DNA of 64,000 nt from a virus. Positions 61,390 to 64,000 of the stretch are shown here, piece by piece; position 1 is the stretch's first letter, and every line of letters begins with the position of its first letter. The position numbers and the translations under genes were made by a program. A model generated the notes under the pieces. The model saw nothing but the letters and a program-made list of their open reading frames with translations, was not told the DNA's origin and searched no databases. The DNA is taken from the IMG/VR virus record IMGVR_UViG_3300017774_006254, positions 1 to 64,000 of that record. One strand, 5' to 3'.

Positions 61390-61773
61390 GTGAAGAAAAC
61401 GAAAGCAAAGCCCTGGAACGAGAAGACGTTCGACCCAACAAGCACATACGAGTTCACGCTGAACGGCATGCTGTTCGTGCGCTCGACCACGCTAAACGTA
61501 GACGAGGTCAACTACTTCACCATCCTCGCGGAAACGTCATGGCGGAAAGGGCACCTCGTCACCCTTTGGTTCCGCAAGAGCGCCAACAGCCAGAGGAGAT
61601 GGACGGCGTACCTTTGGGACGCGAAACCAGGACGCGGCAAAACCCCCGATTTGGCAATCGCGGATGCGATGGTGCTGGCGTATCGCAAGCTTCGCAAGGA
61701 AGAGCTGGAACTGAAACGGGTACGCGACGATCTCGTGCATGCGGGCCTTGCGCTGCGTGAGAACGCGCTATGA
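61390..61773 (+). CDS. hypothetical protein
   Basis: 127-aa ORF. Confidence 0.5.
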   Translation: MKKTKAKPWNEKTFDPTSTYEFTLNGMLFVRSTTLNVDEVNYFTILAETSWRKGHLVTLWFRKSANSQRRWTAYLWDAKPGRGKTPDLAIADAMVLAYRKLRKEELELKRVRDDLVHAGLALRENAL

Positions 61774-61870
61774 CCGATCGCAACCGTTACTCTACGATCC
61801 TGCCGAGCCCGCTCATTCGCATCGAGAACGGCCACCCAATTTCTACTTGAGCACCCAGGTCGTTTCGCCC

Positions 61871-61899
61871 TTGACGCTGTCAGACATAATCATTACTTT
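61871..61899 (+). promoter_or_regulatory. sigma70-like promoter with TGTCAGACA in the spacer
   Basis: TTGACG-17-TACTTT-CTACAC. Confidence 0.75.
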
Positions 61900-61917
61900 C
61901 TACACACGGGAGACGAC

Positions 61918-62319
61918 ATGAACAAGCTTTCGAAAGAGCAAGAGAGGCGGGTATCTGACCTGCGCGCACGGTGGCTCACGGCAAAGGCGGAGCTTCGCGC
62001 TCAAGAAGAACTCGCGAACGAAGAGATCTCGGTGATGGAAGCGGCGCTAGGCGAGAGGATTGACGGTCTGAACGCTTTGGTCGAAGAGGCCAATGCTCTG
62101 CGCGAAGAGATTGCCAGTGCCGCGCAAGAGTCACACGACGCGAAGTCGGAGAAGTGGCAGGAGTCTGATCGCGGATCGAACTTCAGCGACTGGATCTCTT
62201 CGTGGAACGAAGAAGTCGAAGAAGTCGAGCCGATTTTGCTCGACCGCATCGAGCGCGCCATCGATCTCCCGGAAGATCTTCTGTCAGAAGACGAGTACCC
62301 AAGCGAGCCAAGATCCTGA
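61918..62319 (+). CDS. acidic coiled-coil phage protein
   Basis: SEKWQESDRG..F.DWI motif. Confidence 0.65.
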   Translation: MNKLSKEQERRVSDLRARWLTAKAELRAQEELANEEISVMEAALGERIDGLNALVEEANALREEIASAAQESHDAKSEKWQESDRGSNFSDWISSWNEEVEEVEPILLDRIERAIDLPEDLLSEDEYPSEPRS

Positions 62320-62593
62320 ACGGAGAAAAGATGACTTGTCCATCATGCTCGCGCGAGACGTTCCGTGGTTTTGGCCTTTGTGAGTCGTGCGCTGCGCGAA
62401 AAGCAAAGCAGCCAGAGAGACGCTCGCTCTCCCGGTCAGAAATGCGGGCAGAGTGCAGTGACGCAGAATTTAGCGACTTGTGCGCCGCCGTGGCCGACAG
62501 TGGTGGTGCCCTCTACTGGGTTGCCTGACCGCATCCCCCAGATACTACTTACGACACACGAAGGCGCCCCTTACGGCGCCCAGGAGAGAGACA

Positions 62594-64000
62594 ATGACGC
62601 AGGTTTATTCGATGAGCATCATGGGCGTTACTGGCCGCCTCGCCGCCGTAGCGCACAACCATGATGACAAGGCGCTCCGCGTTAGTGGCGTGTCAGACGT
62701 GGTGGCACGAGACCTCCTCGTCCGTGCCAAGGCTGCCCTGCACAGCTATCAGCTTCAGGCAAAGCCGACGGGTGTCGTGACAATCGAGCATCGCGGCGGG
62801 CCCGCAACGCAGTACGACTTGGCGGTGGCCATCGCTTCCGCCGTCCACGGGGCGCCCGTTCCCGACGACACCGTGTTCCTCGGAGAACTCTCGTTCAGCG
62901 GAGAATTGCGCCCGATTCGCGGTCTCATTCCGATGCTCTTGGAGGCCCGGGAGACGGGATTCTTGAAGCGCGCAGTGGTCCCGATGTCGCAACTTCACGA
63001 AGCTTCCATCGTGACCGGCATCGACATCCGTGGCGCTCGCTCACTCGCCGAAGTTATGGCGAATATGCGAACCAACGACTTGCCAAGCGCTCCCGAGTGG
63101 AAGCATCCGCCGTCCATCTTCACGCCTGACCTCGAAGAGATGGTCGTGAACCCGCTCGTCATCCGCGCGATGGAGATATCCGCTGCCAGTGGCCTCGGGT
63201 TGCTCCTCATGGGAACCAATCGGAAGACCACGGCGCTTGCCCGGTGCATGCCTGGGATCTTGCCAGCGCTAACACCCGAGGAAGCGCTCGACATCGCCGC
63301 CATTCAGAGCGCAGCTGGCATTCGAGTTGAGCGTTTCACAAGTCGCATGCGTCCTTTTCGAGCGCCTCATCACACCGTGTCGGCCCCTGGTCTCACTGGC
63401 GGAGGCAAGCCCGTGCACGTTGGAGAAGCGAGCCTTGCAGACGAAGGCGTGCTCTTTCTCGACGAGCTTCCAGAGTTCCGCCGACAAGTGCTTAGCAGCC
63501 TGTCCGATGTGATCGGCAATGGAAGCGCGACGTTCCTCGAAGGCGAGACCAAAGTTCGTCTGCCAGCAACCACGCTGCTCATCGCCGCGATGTCACCGTG
63601 CCCTCGCAGGTGCTTTGCAGTGAACTACCCCCTCATCGACGCTGACGGGAAAATGGGCAGCAAGCCCCCTTGCCGGTGTCCCCTTGACCGCGTGAACGCC
63701 TGGATGTCACGCATCACGCCGATCGTGCAACACCTCCCGCTTTGCGTAGACGTCGACTCGCCCGGAGAGGTGCGATCGCAACCGTCCAGCGTCATCCGTG
63801 AACGAGTGGCCGCCGCGCAAGAGCGATGGCAGGCGCAGGACGAAAGCCCTTCCAAGATGCCGATCTCCGATGATGCACAGCGTGAGCTTGCGGCGCTATT
63901 CGGGCGCAATCAGTCGATAGGGCGACAGATCGCAACCGCCATCGCGCACCTTGCTGGTTGGCCGATCATCGCAGAGAAGCACGTGCGCGAAGCCCGTGAG
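62594..64000 (+). CDS. comM: ComM/YifB-family Mg-chelatase-like protein with degenerate ATPase motifs (runs off the window end; not in the ORF track)
   Basis: Translated by hand: YDLAVAIA, FLGELSFSGELRPIRG, PGILP, RPFRAPHHT, GEASLADEGVLFLDELPEF; Walker A position reads GTNRKTT. Confidence 0.85.
   Translation, partial: MTQVYSMSIMGVTGRLAAVAHNHDDKALRVSGVSDVVARDLLVRAKAALHSYQLQAKPTGVVTIEHRGGPATQYDLAVAIASAVHGAPVPDDTVFLGELSFSGELRPIRGLIPMLLEARETGFLKRAVVPMSQLHEASIVTGIDIRGARSLAEVMANMRTNDLPSAPEWKHPPSIFTPDLEEMVVNPLVIRAMEISAASGLGLLLMGTNRKTTALARCMPGILPALTPEEALDIAAIQSAAGIRVERFTSRMRPFRAPHHTVSAPGLTGGGKPVHVGEASLADEGVLFLDELPEFRRQVLSSLSDVIGNGSATFLEGETKVRLPATTLLIAAMSPCPRRCFAVNYPLIDADGKMGSKPPCRCPLDRVNAWMSRITPIVQHLPLCVDVDSPGEVRSQPSSVIRERVAAAQERWQAQDESPSKMPISDDAQRELAALFGRNQSIGRQIATAIAHLAGWPIIAEKHVREARE

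Noticed and set aside
62594-64000. comM as a host gene marking a prophage attachment site
   Set aside because: It has an intact N-terminus, a virus-type leader hairpin shared with 58765 and degenerate motifs throughout, and no integrase is seen. Sequence beyond the window is needed to exclude this fully.
1-64000. Alternative genetic code, diversity-generating retroelement, introns or inteins
   Set aside because: Genes tile densely under code 11 using all three stops. I saw no reverse transcriptase, adenine-specific repeat pair or intein motifs.

Overview
This window looks entirely like a GC-rich (roughly 60-65% by eye) dsDNA bacterial virus or virus-like element: dense, ATGA-overlapping, mostly unknown ORFs and no host housekeeping genes. 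It has three zones. (1) 1-25 kb, mostly minus strand: accessory and DNA-metabolism genes (FHA-like, MazG-like, DUF192, GHKL ATPase fused to an HExxH motif, ParB-like, SNF2 helicase, PcfJ-like, N-acetylmuramidase, J-domain). (2) 25-52 kb, minus strand: a probable morphogenesis module with three beta-rich capsid-like proteins, a 921-aa protamine-like Arg/Ser protein and its paralog, about 15 small tail-anchored membrane proteins and a transglutaminase-like Cys-His-Asp enzyme. (3) After a GC-rich strand switch at 52.2-52.7 kb, plus-strand early-type genes under sigma70-like promoters (105-bp structured repeats, DUF6011, an Ocr-like acidic protein, tRNA-Arg(UCU), a degenerate ComM). I recognise no terminase, portal, HK97 capsid, tail, integrase or packaging ATPase. 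The best inference is a tailless, internal-membrane (Varidnaviria-like) virus with an unusually large genome. The most striking signal is two short peptide motifs shared by about 25 unrelated proteins: an Arg-rich [VMLI]-x-x-N-[RPGS] tag, and a hydrophobic-x-G-[LMIV]-G motif matching the adenovirus protease consensus. Together they suggest an undescribed virion cargo-tagging and maturation system. All family calls come from motif recognition by eye; no searches were run.
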